In this document: positions 1-9,864 of the stretch, piece after piece
Position numbering within the stretch: position 1 is the stretch's first letter
How the letters are laid out: the number at the start of each line of letters is the position of its first letter
From: Bacteroidia bacterium
Lineage (GTDB): Bacteria; Bacteroidota; Bacteroidia; Bacteroidales; CAJPTX01
Direction of reading: 5' to 3'
Assembly (NCBI GenBank): GCA_905373475.1
Contig: CAJPTC010000007.1
Span: 16,852-80,851 of the forward strand
DNA length: 64,000 bases
Program-made: the position numbers and the translations under genes
Notes under the pieces: model-generated
The model's database searches: none
What the model saw: only the letters and a program-made list of their open reading frames with translations
Told to the model about the DNA's origin: nothing

Positions 1-2
1 TT

Positions 3-2924
3 GCCGATTTAGAGAAACCCAAGCTCGATCTGAAGGTTAAGGGGAAGATTCTCCTAGATGAGAAAGAATCTCAGGCGCATCCGCAGGACAAGGTTAGCTC
101 TGAACCAGATAGTAAAACACAGAAAAAGGATTCAGTTCCCGAGCAGCCTACTGAATTAAAAGCCGATTCTGCTGGCACTTTGTCCGAAAAGAAGAAAGAG
201 AAACCAAAGGCAGAGAAGACGCCTGAGGTTATCGAGGCAAGCAAAGAGGAAGAACAAAAAACTGTAGAGGCAAAGAGTAAGCCCACCTCAGAAAGTAAAG
301 TAGAGAGCACAGAACTCCAAAGCTCCTCTACGATCTCTACAACTGCAGATACTAAAGAGGAAACTGTGAAGCCTCCCAAGAGTGCAAAGGTGGAGCGTAA
401 GAATGAAGCACCTAAAGCACAAGATAAGCAAGAGGCTCAGCATCAGGCACAAAATGCCGAAACGCGACTCGAATCGGGAGTAGAGAGTGCAGAGTCTACA
501 TCGAATAGGCCTCAGCCGAAGGTGGTTGGTAAGATTGAAATTACTGAACAGACCACAAAGCATGGCAAACATAAACAGTTTGAGGCAAAGGCTGATGTAA
601 AAAAGATGCCAGAAGAGACGCCTAAAACTGTGAATGAAAGTAACGAGACGCCAGTTTTCGCAGAAGAAGCACAGGAAGAAAAGAGAACACAAGCTGAATC
701 GGAGGTCTATCGTACAAATGTTACAAAGTTGGCGGGTACGACCGTAGTTGGAAAAATAGATCTCGATTCGTTAGCAGACAAGACTCGTCGTAAGCCAGAA
801 GCAAGTGCTACTCCTGGAGGCGCAATTCAGAAACGTCGAAGACGGAAGAAAGTCGGGAGTAGTGAGGATGCGCAGCCACAGAATGTGGGGCAGCAGCAAT
901 TCCAACAGCGTCAGCAAGGGCAACAGCAAAGAAATAACAACAATGCTCCGCAGCACGAGCAAGACCGTCGTAAAAAGAAGAACAATAAGAAGCAGCAACC
1001 TATACCACGTCAGGAGATTACACAAGACGTGGTAAATGAACGTTTGAAGGAAACGCGTGCGCGTCTCGCAGCGCAAAGTCCGCTGTCTAAGAGCGTGAAT
1101 TATAGAAAAGAGAAGCGGAGTTTACTAGAAGCACGTCGTGAAGAAGAGAATTTGCGCAATGAAGAAGCTCGTAAGACATTGCAAGTAAGTGAGTTCGTTT
1201 CTGTAAATGAGCTTGCTGGTATGATGGATGTACCCGTAAACGAAGTCATTGATGCTTGTTTGGGGTTAGACCTCATGGTTTCTATCAATCAGCGTTTGGA
1301 TGGTGAAGCGCTTGTGTTGGTTGCCGATGAGTTTGGCTACAAAGTAGAGTTTGTAGGTCCTACACTTGAAGATGAGTTAAGCAATGAGGAAGACCGACCA
1401 GAGGACTTGAGACCACGTATCCCTATTTTCTCGGTCTTTGGTCATGTTGACCACGGGAAAACTTCGCTTTGCAATAAAATTACCAATCGTGTAAAAAAAG
1501 AAGCGGGCGATATCACTCAGAGCATTACAGCAGATATAGTAACACTCGCTTCGGGCGAGCAGATGGTGCTTGTAGATACTCCTGGTCACGAAGCCTTTAC
1601 GGCTATGCGTTCGCGCGGTGCTAAAATTGCCGATGTGGCCATTATTGTGATCTCGGCAGTTGAGGGGGTTCAGCCCCAAACGGTGGAAGCCATGAACCAT
1701 GCTGCAAGCAATGGTGTTCACATGGTCTTTGCCATCAATAAGATTGATATGCCCGATGCGAACCCCAAACGTGTTCTAGACGAGCTTGCGAATATGAACT
1801 ACCTCGTGGAGGAATATGGGGGTAAGTACCAGAGTCAAGAAATTTCGGCAAGACAGGGCATCAATATTGATAAGCTCCTCGAAAAGGTTTTGTTGGAAGC
1901 TGGCTTAATGGAGCTCAAAGCAAATCCCACACGGCGTGCTGATGCCGTCGTTCTAGAGTCGTCCAAAGAAAAAGGGCTTGGTAGTTGTGTTAATGTGATA
2001 GTACGAAACGGGACGTTGCATAAGGGCGATCGTATTGTGGCAGGGCAGTTTTATGGTAGAGTTCGTTCTCTACACATTCCAGGCGATACCAACAAGAAGG
2101 GGGTAGATGCTGTTGGTCCTTCTATGCCCGCAATGGTAATTGGTCTGAATGGTACACCGCAAGCAGGCGACAATTTATTGGTAGTAGAAACCGATAAAGA
2201 AGCGCGGGAAATGGCTACCAAGATCGGAAAGATCCGACGTATGCAAGAAATGAGTTCACGTAAACCTATTTCATTGGATGAGATCGGGCGTCGTATTGCG
2301 ATAGGCAATTTCAAGGAGTTGAACATAATCCTCAAGGCAGATGTCGACGGTTCTGTAGAAGCGCTGTCCGATGCTCTATTGAAGCTATCCACGGAAGAGA
2401 TTCAGGTGCAAATCATTTTCAAGGGAGTCGGACAAATCACGGAGACCGATATATCGTTGGCAGAGTCTTCCAATGCCGTTATTGTCGGATTCCAAGTACG
2501 CCCGAGCGTCGAGGCGAAAAGACTTGCAGTGGAAAAGAATATAGATATTCACCTATACTCCATAATTTACGATGCTATAGAGGAAATCCGCCAGGCGATG
2601 GAAGGTATGCTAGCACCAGAAGTTAAGGAAGAAATTTTGGGGACTGCCGAGGTTCGAGAAACGTTCCATATCTCCAAAGTCGGGACAATCGCTGGGTGTA
2701 TGGTACGTGAGGGGAAGATTCTGCGTGGCTCGAAGGTACGCATCATCCGAGATGGTATTGTAGTATACACTAGCGAACTACTCACTCTTAAACACTTCAA
2801 GGATGAAGCTAAGGAGGTTTCTGTCGGACAAGAGTGTGGTATTAGCGTTAAGAATTACAATGATATTAAGGTCGGCGATTTGATAGAAGCTTACCGCGAG
2901 ACGGAAGTGAAACGAACCCTATAA
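3..2924 (+). CDS. infB: Translation initiation factor IF-2, 5' end outside the window
   Basis: The frame is open from nt 3, with no stop before the TTG at 180 used by the ORF track. K/E/Q-rich N-terminal region. GTPase motifs GHVDHGKTS (G1), DTPGHEAF (G3), NKID (G4). Long C-terminal IF-2 domains. Confidence 0.95.
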   Translation, partial: ADLEKPKLDLKVKGKILLDEKESQAHPQDKVSSEPDSKTQKKDSVPEQPTELKADSAGTLSEKKKEKPKAEKTPEVIEASKEEEQKTVEAKSKPTSESKVESTELQSSSTISTTADTKEETVKPPKSAKVERKNEAPKAQDKQEAQHQAQNAETRLESGVESAESTSNRPQPKVVGKIEITEQTTKHGKHKQFEAKADVKKMPEETPKTVNESNETPVFAEEAQEEKRTQAESEVYRTNVTKLAGTTVVGKIDLDSLADKTRRKPEASATPGGAIQKRRRRKKVGSSEDAQPQNVGQQQFQQRQQGQQQRNNNNAPQHEQDRRKKKNNKKQQPIPRQEITQDVVNERLKETRARLAAQSPLSKSVNYRKEKRSLLEARREEENLRNEEARKTLQVSEFVSVNELAGMMDVPVNEVIDACLGLDLMVSINQRLDGEALVLVADEFGYKVEFVGPTLEDELSNEEDRPEDLRPRIPIFSVFGHVDHGKTSLCNKITNRVKKEAGDITQSITADIVTLASGEQMVLVDTPGHEAFTAMRSRGAKIADVAIIVISAVEGVQPQTVEAMNHAASNGVHMVFAINKIDMPDANPKRVLDELANMNYLVEEYGGKYQSQEISARQGINIDKLLEKVLLEAGLMELKANPTRRADAVVLESSKEKGLGSCVNVIVRNGTLHKGDRIVAGQFYGRVRSLHIPGDTNKKGVDAVGPSMPAMVIGLNGTPQAGDNLLVVETDKEAREMATKIGKIRRMQEMSSRKPISLDEIGRRIAIGNFKELNIILKADVDGSVEALSDALLKLSTEEIQVQIIFKGVGQITETDISLAESSNAVIVGFQVRPSVEAKRLAVEKNIDIHLYSIIYDAIEEIRQAMEGMLAPEVKEEILGTAEVRETFHISKVGTIAGCMVREGKILRGSKVRIIRDGIVVYTSELLTLKHFKDEAKEVSVGQECGISVKNYNDIKVGDLIEAYRETEVKRTL

Positions 2925-2970
2925 GGTTTCCTACGCATAAGTTTTACCGATCTAAAAGAATATAGGATAC

Positions 2971-4347
2971 ATGAATACAGAGGCGTTGCATGCGTTATCG
3001 CCACTAGACGGGCGCTATGAGGCAAAGACAGAGGGATTGCGAAAATACTTTTCAGAGTTTGCCCTTATTCGCTATCGTCTGATCGTTGAAATTGAGTATT
3101 TCATTGCTTTATGCGAGTTGCGATTACCCGAATTGGCTTCTTTTCCCAAAGAGAAGTTTGATGAGTTACGCACGCTTTATCTAGATTTTGATGATACGCA
3201 AGCGCTTCTGATTAAGGGTGTTGAGAAGCAAACGAATCATGATGTGAAATCGGTTGAATATTACATTCGCGACAAGTTTGCTGAGCTGGGGCTACAGGCC
3301 TTTGCTGAATTTGTACACTTCGGACTGACGAGTCAGGATATCAACAATACGGCATTCCCTAGCATGCTAAAAGATGCAATACATGCCGTTTACTACCCTG
3401 AGTTACTGGAGGTGCTACAACGGCTGGATGCGCTCGTAAATGCGTGGAGTACGATTCCCATGCTGGCACGTACTCATGGGCAGCCTGCTTCGCCCACAAT
3501 CCTTGGAAAGGAAATCGGGGTCTATACCTCCCGTTTACGTGTGCAGCTCGAACAGCTCAGAAGTATTCCTGCGCCTGCAAAATTTGGAGGTGCTACGGGT
3601 AATTTTAATGCGCATCATGCAGCCTACCCTTCTATTGATTGGGAGAATTTTGCAAATAAATTCGTTAATGAGAAGCTAGGGCTTACACGGAGCGAGGTCA
3701 CCACTCAGATTGATAATTACGACAATTTAGCCGCAATTTTTGATGCCCTTCGCCGCATCAATACCATACTGATCGATTTCTGCCGAGATATGTGGTCTTA
3801 TATTTCGATGGACTATTTCCGCCAGACGATCGTTGCAAATGAAGTGGGCTCTTCAGCTATGCCACATAAGGTGAATCCCATAGATTTTGAGAATGCAGAG
3901 GGCAATTTAGGCATTGCCAACGCGCTTTTTGAGCATCTCGCTATGAAATTACCTGTTAGTCGTTTGCAACGCGATCTTACAGACAGTACGGTAATCCGCA
4001 ATATAGGAGTACCACTCGGACACACTCTCATTGCCCTACTTTCAATAAAAAAGGGATTGAGCCGAGTATCTCTACATCAAGAAGTATTGGAGCACGACCT
4101 CGAAACACATTGGGAGGTTGTGGCTGAAGGTATTCAAGTAATATTGCGCCGTGAAGGGGTCGCTAGTGCCTACGAATTGTTGAAAGACCTTTCTCGACGC
4201 GATATCCGCCCCAATCGCGAAGCGGTAGAAAATTTCATCGCCAATTTAAATGTAAAAGCTTCGGTAAAGGAAGAGCTTAGAAAGCTCACTCCGTTTACTT
4301 ATACAGGAATTCTACCGCATATCTTGAAGTCTACCGACGAGAAATGA
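2971..4347 (+). CDS. purB: Adenylosuccinate lyase
   Basis: 458 aa. Fumarate-lyase superfamily signature SSAMPHKVNPIDFEN. N-terminal LSPLDGRY typical of PurB. Confidence 0.93.
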   Translation: MNTEALHALSPLDGRYEAKTEGLRKYFSEFALIRYRLIVEIEYFIALCELRLPELASFPKEKFDELRTLYLDFDDTQALLIKGVEKQTNHDVKSVEYYIRDKFAELGLQAFAEFVHFGLTSQDINNTAFPSMLKDAIHAVYYPELLEVLQRLDALVNAWSTIPMLARTHGQPASPTILGKEIGVYTSRLRVQLEQLRSIPAPAKFGGATGNFNAHHAAYPSIDWENFANKFVNEKLGLTRSEVTTQIDNYDNLAAIFDALRRINTILIDFCRDMWSYISMDYFRQTIVANEVGSSAMPHKVNPIDFENAEGNLGIANALFEHLAMKLPVSRLQRDLTDSTVIRNIGVPLGHTLIALLSIKKGLSRVSLHQEVLEHDLETHWEVVAEGIQVILRREGVASAYELLKDLSRRDIRPNREAVENFIANLNVKASVKEELRKLTPFTYTGILPHILKSTDEK

Positions 4348-6161
4348 AAGATTTGAAGCGTTTGCTGCGTTACTTGTTACCGTTCAAGTGGCGCGCCTTG
4401 GCGAATATTCTCTTTAATGTATTTGGAGCTTTCTTCTCGCTTTTCTCGCTCTCTCTATTGATCCCGTTCCTTGGGGTCTTGTTCGGCACTATGCCGTTAG
4501 TTGAGGTAAAACCTGAGTTTCATCTCAATCTAGAGTCGGTATCCAATACGCTTTATTTCTATATTAGCGAAGTAATCAGACTCTACGGGAAAGAGATTGC
4601 TCTCTTTGTAGTCATATTTTTCGTCGCAATTAACGCGCTGTTGAAGAACCTATTTACCTATTTGGCGTCGTGGCATCTTGCCCCAATCCGACTTGGTATT
4701 GTTCGCAATTTGCGCAATCAGTTATTCTATAAAATATTGCATCTCCCGCTCGGCTACTATACAGAAGAACGAAAGGGAGACATAATGAGTAAGATGGCAA
4801 ACGATGTAGGGGAAATTGAATACTCTATTATGCGTTCCATGAGTATGTTCTTCAAAGAGCCCGTTGTTATAATCGTTCATTTTGTTGGCTTACTCCTTGT
4901 GAGCGTAAAGCTCACATTATTCGTGCTAGTCTTATTGCCATTGTCTGGGTTAATCATAGGACGAATCGGTAAGAATTTGAAACAAAGCTCCTCGCGTACT
5001 CAGCAAATGCTGGGGGGCATTTTCTCCCTCATTGAAGAGACCTTGGGCGGTCTGCGTATCGTAAAAGCGTTTAATGCAGAAAAGAAGAGTTATGAGCGCT
5101 TTGTAAAAGAGAATGGTGAATATACGCGCATGGCTTTGCACATCAATCGTCGCCAAGATCTTGCTAGCCCTTTGAGCGAATTTTTAGGAACAGTGGTTAT
5201 GGGTTGCGTACTATGGTATGGCGGCAGTTTGGTCTTCTCTCCAGAACACGCGATTAGCCCTGAATCGCTTATCGGTTACATGGGATTGTTTTATATGATA
5301 TTAAATCCTGCAAAGTCATTTTCTTCGTCCTATTTTAGCCTACTAAAGGGTTTTGCTTCTGCAGAACGTATTGATACGATTCTTGACGCAGAGAATCCGA
5401 TAAAGTCGCCCGAAAATCCGTTGCCAGCTCCTGCATTTAATACTTCTATAGAGTATCGAGATGTTCATTTTACGTACGATCAGAGAGAAATCCTGCACGG
5501 GGTCTCGCTCTCTATTCAGCGCGGAATGACGGTTGCTCTTGTCGGACAATCGGGGGCGGGAAAAACCACTTTTGTTGATCTCTTGCCTCGCTTCTATGAT
5601 GTATCAGGCGGGGCTATATATATTGATGGGCACGATATTCGAGAATACAAAGTCGAGGATCTGCGTGCTTTGATGGGAAATGTTAATCAAGAACCGATTC
5701 TATTTAACGATACGGTTTACAACAACATAACGTTTGGGGTAGAGTCTGCAACGATGGAAGAGGTAATACGTGCTGCGAAGATTGCCAATGCGCACGAGTT
5801 TATAATGGAGACTGAGGCAGGCTACGAAACGAAAATAGGAGATCGTGGATCGCGTCTCTCAGGAGGACAACGTCAACGATTAAGTATAGCACGTGCGATA
5901 TTGAAGAACCCGCCAATTATGATACTCGATGAGGCTACTTCTTCTTTGGATACCGCTTCAGAACGCCTTGTGCAGGAGGCGCTTGAACATCTCATGGAGA
6001 ACAGAACTTCTATTGTGATTGCGCACAGACTCTCTACAATTAAGCGCGCAGATCTGATTTGTGTGCTCGACGATGGCTATATTGTAGAGCAAGGAAAGCA
6101 TGAGGAACTTCTTGCTCAGGGCGGAATTTATGCACGCCTATACAGCATGCAAATTTGGTAG
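4344..6161 (+). CDS. ABC exporter, fused permease/ATPase (MsbA-like)
   Basis: 605 aa. N-terminal multi-TM exporter domain. NBD with Walker A GQSGAGKTT, signature LSGGQRQR, Walker B ILDEATS. Start overlaps the purB stop (ATGA). Confidence 0.9.
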   Translation: MKDLKRLLRYLLPFKWRALANILFNVFGAFFSLFSLSLLIPFLGVLFGTMPLVEVKPEFHLNLESVSNTLYFYISEVIRLYGKEIALFVVIFFVAINALLKNLFTYLASWHLAPIRLGIVRNLRNQLFYKILHLPLGYYTEERKGDIMSKMANDVGEIEYSIMRSMSMFFKEPVVIIVHFVGLLLVSVKLTLFVLVLLPLSGLIIGRIGKNLKQSSSRTQQMLGGIFSLIEETLGGLRIVKAFNAEKKSYERFVKENGEYTRMALHINRRQDLASPLSEFLGTVVMGCVLWYGGSLVFSPEHAISPESLIGYMGLFYMILNPAKSFSSSYFSLLKGFASAERIDTILDAENPIKSPENPLPAPAFNTSIEYRDVHFTYDQREILHGVSLSIQRGMTVALVGQSGAGKTTFVDLLPRFYDVSGGAIYIDGHDIREYKVEDLRALMGNVNQEPILFNDTVYNNITFGVESATMEEVIRAAKIANAHEFIMETEAGYETKIGDRGSRLSGGQRQRLSIARAILKNPPIMILDEATSSLDTASERLVQEALEHLMENRTSIVIAHRLSTIKRADLICVLDDGYIVEQGKHEELLAQGGIYARLYSMQIW

Positions 6162-6180
6162 AAACCAACTGTCAATTTCT

Positions 6181-6188
6181 TAACTTTG
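6181..6188 (+). promoter_or_regulatory. Candidate Bacteroidota -7 promoter box (TAACTTTG) upstream of the cheR operon
   Basis: Matches TAnnTTTG and lies 48 nt upstream of the GTG at 6237. A TTG sits about 23 nt further upstream. The 6-fixed-base motif occurs by chance about once per 4 kb per strand, so this is weak. Confidence 0.3.
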
Positions 6189-6236
6189 TTGAAGACCTAG
6201 TCTGCTACTAGGTTCGTGTTATAAGCGGAAGAGGAA

Positions 6237-7076
6237 GTGGAAAATTCGGATGACTTATTCCGGTTCATAACGGCACTCAGGGCGTATACTTCCTACGACT
6301 TGAGCGATTATTCCGATCGCTCACTGCGCCGAAGACTCTACAAAGTCCTTGACGATCAGAGAATTACAATAGACGAACTGCTTGCTCAACTTGCCAAAGA
6401 TCCCAGTTACGGCGAGCAGCTGGTCGAGGCGATTACGGTTAATACTAGCGAACTGTTCCGCGATCCTTCCGTCTGGCTTCTTTTGCGTTCGCGCATTTAT
6501 CCCAAATTCAAGGCGCAAACATATCTCAATGTTTGGCATGCTGGCTGTTCTATGGGGCAGGAGGTCTATTCAAACTTGATGTTGCTCAATGAACTCGGAC
6601 TATACGAGAAAGCCCGTGTCTATGCGAGCGACATCAATGCAAAGATTATACAAGCCGCTCAAAAAGGTGAGTATCGTTATCGCTTTAATCTCTCTTACCT
6701 AGATAATTTCGATCTGGTAATCAATACGAACCCTCTGAATTATGAAGAAAAACTCTCGATACCCTATTCAAAATATTTCAATATAGACGAAGCAAGAGAC
6801 CTTATAACGATTCATCCCTCGTTAAGACAGAAACCAACCTTTAGATGGAATGATCTCGTTAAAGGAGTTAACCCCTTCTTTGTCCGATATGATGTCATTT
6901 TTTGTCGAAATGTCTTGATTTACTTTAACGCTTCGCTACAGAATCGCCTCTTTGAGATGTTTTATCGTAATTTATACCCAGGAGGCATTTTGGTGCTCGG
7001 TGCTCATGAATCTATTATTGGCTCATGGGCTAACAAATTTGAGAGGTTGTCGCAGGTGTATGTGCGTAAAGATTGA
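6237..7076 (+). CDS. cheR: CheR-type protein-glutamate O-methyltransferase
   Basis: 279 aa. CheR motifs ELFRD, VWHAGCSMGQEVYS (SAM pocket), YASDIN, DVIFCRNVLIYFN, LYPGGILVLGAHES. GTG start preceded by a purine-rich stretch. Confidence 0.85.
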   Translation: MENSDDLFRFITALRAYTSYDLSDYSDRSLRRRLYKVLDDQRITIDELLAQLAKDPSYGEQLVEAITVNTSELFRDPSVWLLLRSRIYPKFKAQTYLNVWHAGCSMGQEVYSNLMLLNELGLYEKARVYASDINAKIIQAAQKGEYRYRFNLSYLDNFDLVINTNPLNYEEKLSIPYSKYFNIDEARDLITIHPSLRQKPTFRWNDLVKGVNPFFVRYDVIFCRNVLIYFNASLQNRLFEMFYRNLYPGGILVLGAHESIIGSWANKFERLSQVYVRKD

Positions 7077-9019
7077 AGCTGATGAAGGAAGTGTTTTTAC
7101 GCGTAGTTGAGGCACTACGTAGTTTGTGGGTTAGGGTGCGAGTCCGTCTCCTGACCATGGGGAGTCTCATCGTATTCCTCGGAATATGTCTCTTCATCTT
7201 CGAGCGCATGGTCTATTCCGAATCGCATGAGCAGCTGAGTAGAACCCTAGAGAGTTTTGCAGAGAAATTTTCTCAAACGCTCGAAATGCTGGATCTTGAC
7301 TTGAAGAATTTGGACACCGTAGAACATGCACGTTTACGTTCTCTATTCCGAGATCCTATGTACGGCGATACGGGGTATCCGTTTGTTGTACAGATGACAG
7401 GCAAGATTGATTTCCATTTCTTCCGCGACGGAGATCGCCTTTCGCGCGAGGTCATGGATCAGATGGCTTCGGCTCCTAGCCGACGAGGGAGTCTACGGAT
7501 CAATTTCGACGGTGGGCAGACACAAGAACGTGAGATAATATTTACCTACGTTCGCGAACTAGATTGTTTTCTTGCTATTGAAGTCTCCGATGCTGTGTTT
7601 GATGCGACTTTGAACGGAATTCGTATATACAGCTGGGCATTATTTATTTTTGGTAGTCTTCTGGTGTGGCTAATGCTGAGCTATTATACGCATCGCGAAA
7701 CTCGATTCCTCAAGTCTTTGCGCTCGGACTTGTCGGCTCTTGCAGAAGGAATCTTGCCAGAGCAGGTTGCATTTCGAGGACAAAAAGAGGTAACGCAGAT
7801 TGTAGATGCTCTCAAACGTCTTATAGATGGACTCTCAAATACTACTGCTTTCGTAAAACATTTGGCTATTAACGATCTTACCCAAGAATATACTCCTATG
7901 GGAGTAAGAGATGAATTGGGGAATTCGCTTCTTGAGTTAAGATCTGCTCTACAGAAGCAAGAAATTGAGGCAGGACATATAAAGGAAGAGGAACGAATCC
8001 GGAGTTGGAGTAATGAAGGGTTGGCTGAATTTGCAAAGTTGCTTCGTGAAAATAGTAACGATATCGCTCTCTTGGCAGACGTCATCTTAAAACGTATAGT
8101 AAACTATTTGGAGGCTATGCAAGGCGCATTGTACATGGCAGAGGAACGCAAAACAGGGACTGTGTTGCATTTGGTCTCGGCATTTGCTTACAATAGAAAG
8201 AAGTTTCTCAAGCAGGATCTTAAGTTGGGTGAAGGGTTGGTTGGAACGTGTGCTATTGAGCGGGAATTGGTACACATAGACGTTTTACCTCCTGAGTATT
8301 GTGAAATCACCTCGGGAATAGGCAATGTCCCTCCTAAAGAACTATTACTGGTACCGTTGAAAACAGATGACGCTCTATTAGGAGTTCTGGAACTGGCTTC
8401 CTTAAAAGGTTTTGCTCCCTATATGGTTGCTTTCGCACAACTACTCTCGGTAAGTATTGCGCAAACTTTGCAGCAAGTACAGACCAATCAGCGCACAGCA
8501 GAGTTGCTCAAACAGTCGCAGGAACAGCGTGAAGCGATGCGTTCGCAGGAAGAGGAAATGCGCCAGAATCTAGAAGAGATGCAAGCAACGCAAGAAGAAA
8601 TGACTCGCAGAACGCAGGAATATGAGGTACTTTCCTACGTACTAGAGCAAGCTACTTTCTATGCCGAATTCTCGGAGGAGGGACTGCTCTTACAAAGCAA
8701 TCAAAAATTAAAAGAGTTCTTGCATCAACTCGGATTTGCAGAACAAACAGAATTACGAATTCTAGATCTTGTTGAGGTGGAAAATAGCGTTACTGAACAG
8801 CACGCAGAGACCTTGACCTCCAGTTGGAAGAATATTCTTGCAGGAGTTTCGCAAACCTTTGTGTTGAGATTCAGGACAGAAAAGCCTGCACTGCTTTACG
8901 CCGCATTCACCTCACTTGCACGTGACGGAGGGAGTCGGGTTTACATGTTAGCACAAGATATTGCGAATCTCTTCCCTAATGGCGAAAAACAACCAACGAA
9001 ACCAGAGGAGTATAGGTAG
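7073..9019 (+). CDS. Membrane receptor: small extracytoplasmic domain, HAMP-like linker, GAF, Glu/Gln-rich coil, PAS-like C-terminus; no catalytic output
   Basis: 648 aa with two TM helices (TM2 is IYSWALFIFGSLLVWLMLSYY). GAF core GEGLVGTCAIE...LLLVPL...GVLELAS. Coil LLKQSQEQREAMRSQEEEMRQNLEEMQATQEEM. The TTG at 7073 overlaps the cheR stop; ATG at 7082 is an alternative start. Confidence 0.8.
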   Translation: MKLMKEVFLRVVEALRSLWVRVRVRLLTMGSLIVFLGICLFIFERMVYSESHEQLSRTLESFAEKFSQTLEMLDLDLKNLDTVEHARLRSLFRDPMYGDTGYPFVVQMTGKIDFHFFRDGDRLSREVMDQMASAPSRRGSLRINFDGGQTQEREIIFTYVRELDCFLAIEVSDAVFDATLNGIRIYSWALFIFGSLLVWLMLSYYTHRETRFLKSLRSDLSALAEGILPEQVAFRGQKEVTQIVDALKRLIDGLSNTTAFVKHLAINDLTQEYTPMGVRDELGNSLLELRSALQKQEIEAGHIKEEERIRSWSNEGLAEFAKLLRENSNDIALLADVILKRIVNYLEAMQGALYMAEERKTGTVLHLVSAFAYNRKKFLKQDLKLGEGLVGTCAIERELVHIDVLPPEYCEITSGIGNVPPKELLLVPLKTDDALLGVLELASLKGFAPYMVAFAQLLSVSIAQTLQQVQTNQRTAELLKQSQEQREAMRSQEEEMRQNLEEMQATQEEMTRRTQEYEVLSYVLEQATFYAEFSEEGLLLQSNQKLKEFLHQLGFAEQTELRILDLVEVENSVTEQHAETLTSSWKNILAGVSQTFVLRFRTEKPALLYAAFTSLARDGGSRVYMLAQDIANLFPNGEKQPTKPEEYR

Positions 9020-9021
9020 AG

Positions 9022-9864
9022 ATGTTTACACCCAATGTCCAAGATTTGAGCATCAAGGAGATACGAGCTATTATTGCTGCGATCCGAGTTGGACATGGTG
9101 ACGATTTCTCTGATTTCAATTTAGGCGTTTTGAGCAGGCGTGTGGCAATAGCCATGAATCGCTTGGGCGTTAGGCAAACAGAGGTGTTCTGCCAGATGCT
9201 ACAAGGCGGCGATCTGCTATTCTACAAGCGCCTTCTTGCCGAAATAACTCCCCCTACTACAGAACTTTTGCGAGATCCCTCTTTTTGGCTACATCTCCGT
9301 GAAGACGTCCTCCCAAGCTTGAACTCTAAAAATGAGAAGCTAAAAATCTTACAAGCTGCATACGACACTGGAGAGGAATTGTATTCTTTGCTAATTGTTC
9401 TAGAAGAGCTGAAGCTACGTGCAGATGTAGAGCTCACCTCTGTTTATTTAAGCGAAGATACGCTGACGCAAATCCGTAATTGTAAGCTACCATCTCGGAG
9501 ACAAGAGGTAGATAAGGCAAATTTTGCGCGCTTTGAAGCTTCTGTCCCGTACGAGCAGTATATTTCAAGTGTAGCCGATACGGTACAGTTTCGTAGAGAA
9601 TTGCTTGCCGATGTGCATTTCTTGCGGCTTGCTCCCGTTTTTAACTTACCAGCAGACCCGAAGTACCATCTTATTCTTTGTCGCAATCAATTCCTTTATT
9701 TTAATCCGCAGCTAGGTATCAGAAATATGCAGAATCTGTTTGACCGACTCCGTGGTGGCGGAATACTTGTTCTAGGGGCAAAAGAATGCTTGGATAGTTA
9801 TCAGAATGGTAGTACATTTACAGTACTCAACCGCGAGGAAAGTATATATAGAAAAAGAATATAG
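9022..9864 (+). CDS. Second, more divergent CheR-like methyltransferase
   Basis: 280 aa. LLRDPSFW, QAAYDTGEELYS (compare AA-x-x-TGEE-YS in enteric CheR), LILCRNQFLYFN, LRGGGILVLGAKE. Starts 2 nt after the previous stop. Confidence 0.75.
   Translation: MFTPNVQDLSIKEIRAIIAAIRVGHGDDFSDFNLGVLSRRVAIAMNRLGVRQTEVFCQMLQGGDLLFYKRLLAEITPPTTELLRDPSFWLHLREDVLPSLNSKNEKLKILQAAYDTGEELYSLLIVLEELKLRADVELTSVYLSEDTLTQIRNCKLPSRRQEVDKANFARFEASVPYEQYISSVADTVQFRRELLADVHFLRLAPVFNLPADPKYHLILCRNQFLYFNPQLGIRNMQNLFDRLRGGGILVLGAKECLDSYQNGSTFTVLNREESIYRKRI

Noticed and set aside
1420-1760. Unusual IF-2 G-domain sequence (GDITQSITADI instead of the common GGITQHIGAY; EGVQPQT instead of DGVMPQT), as a possible pseudogene or paralogue.
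   Set aside because: The G1, G3 and G4 motifs and the whole 970-aa frame are intact. It most likely reflects lineage-specific divergence. I cannot judge further without alignments.
6194-6213. A 7-bp hairpin (ACCTAGT ctgct ACTAGGT) between the ABC exporter and cheR, as a possible terminator.
   Set aside because: The stem is short and there is no following T-tract. It lies downstream of the candidate -7 box, so its role is undetermined.
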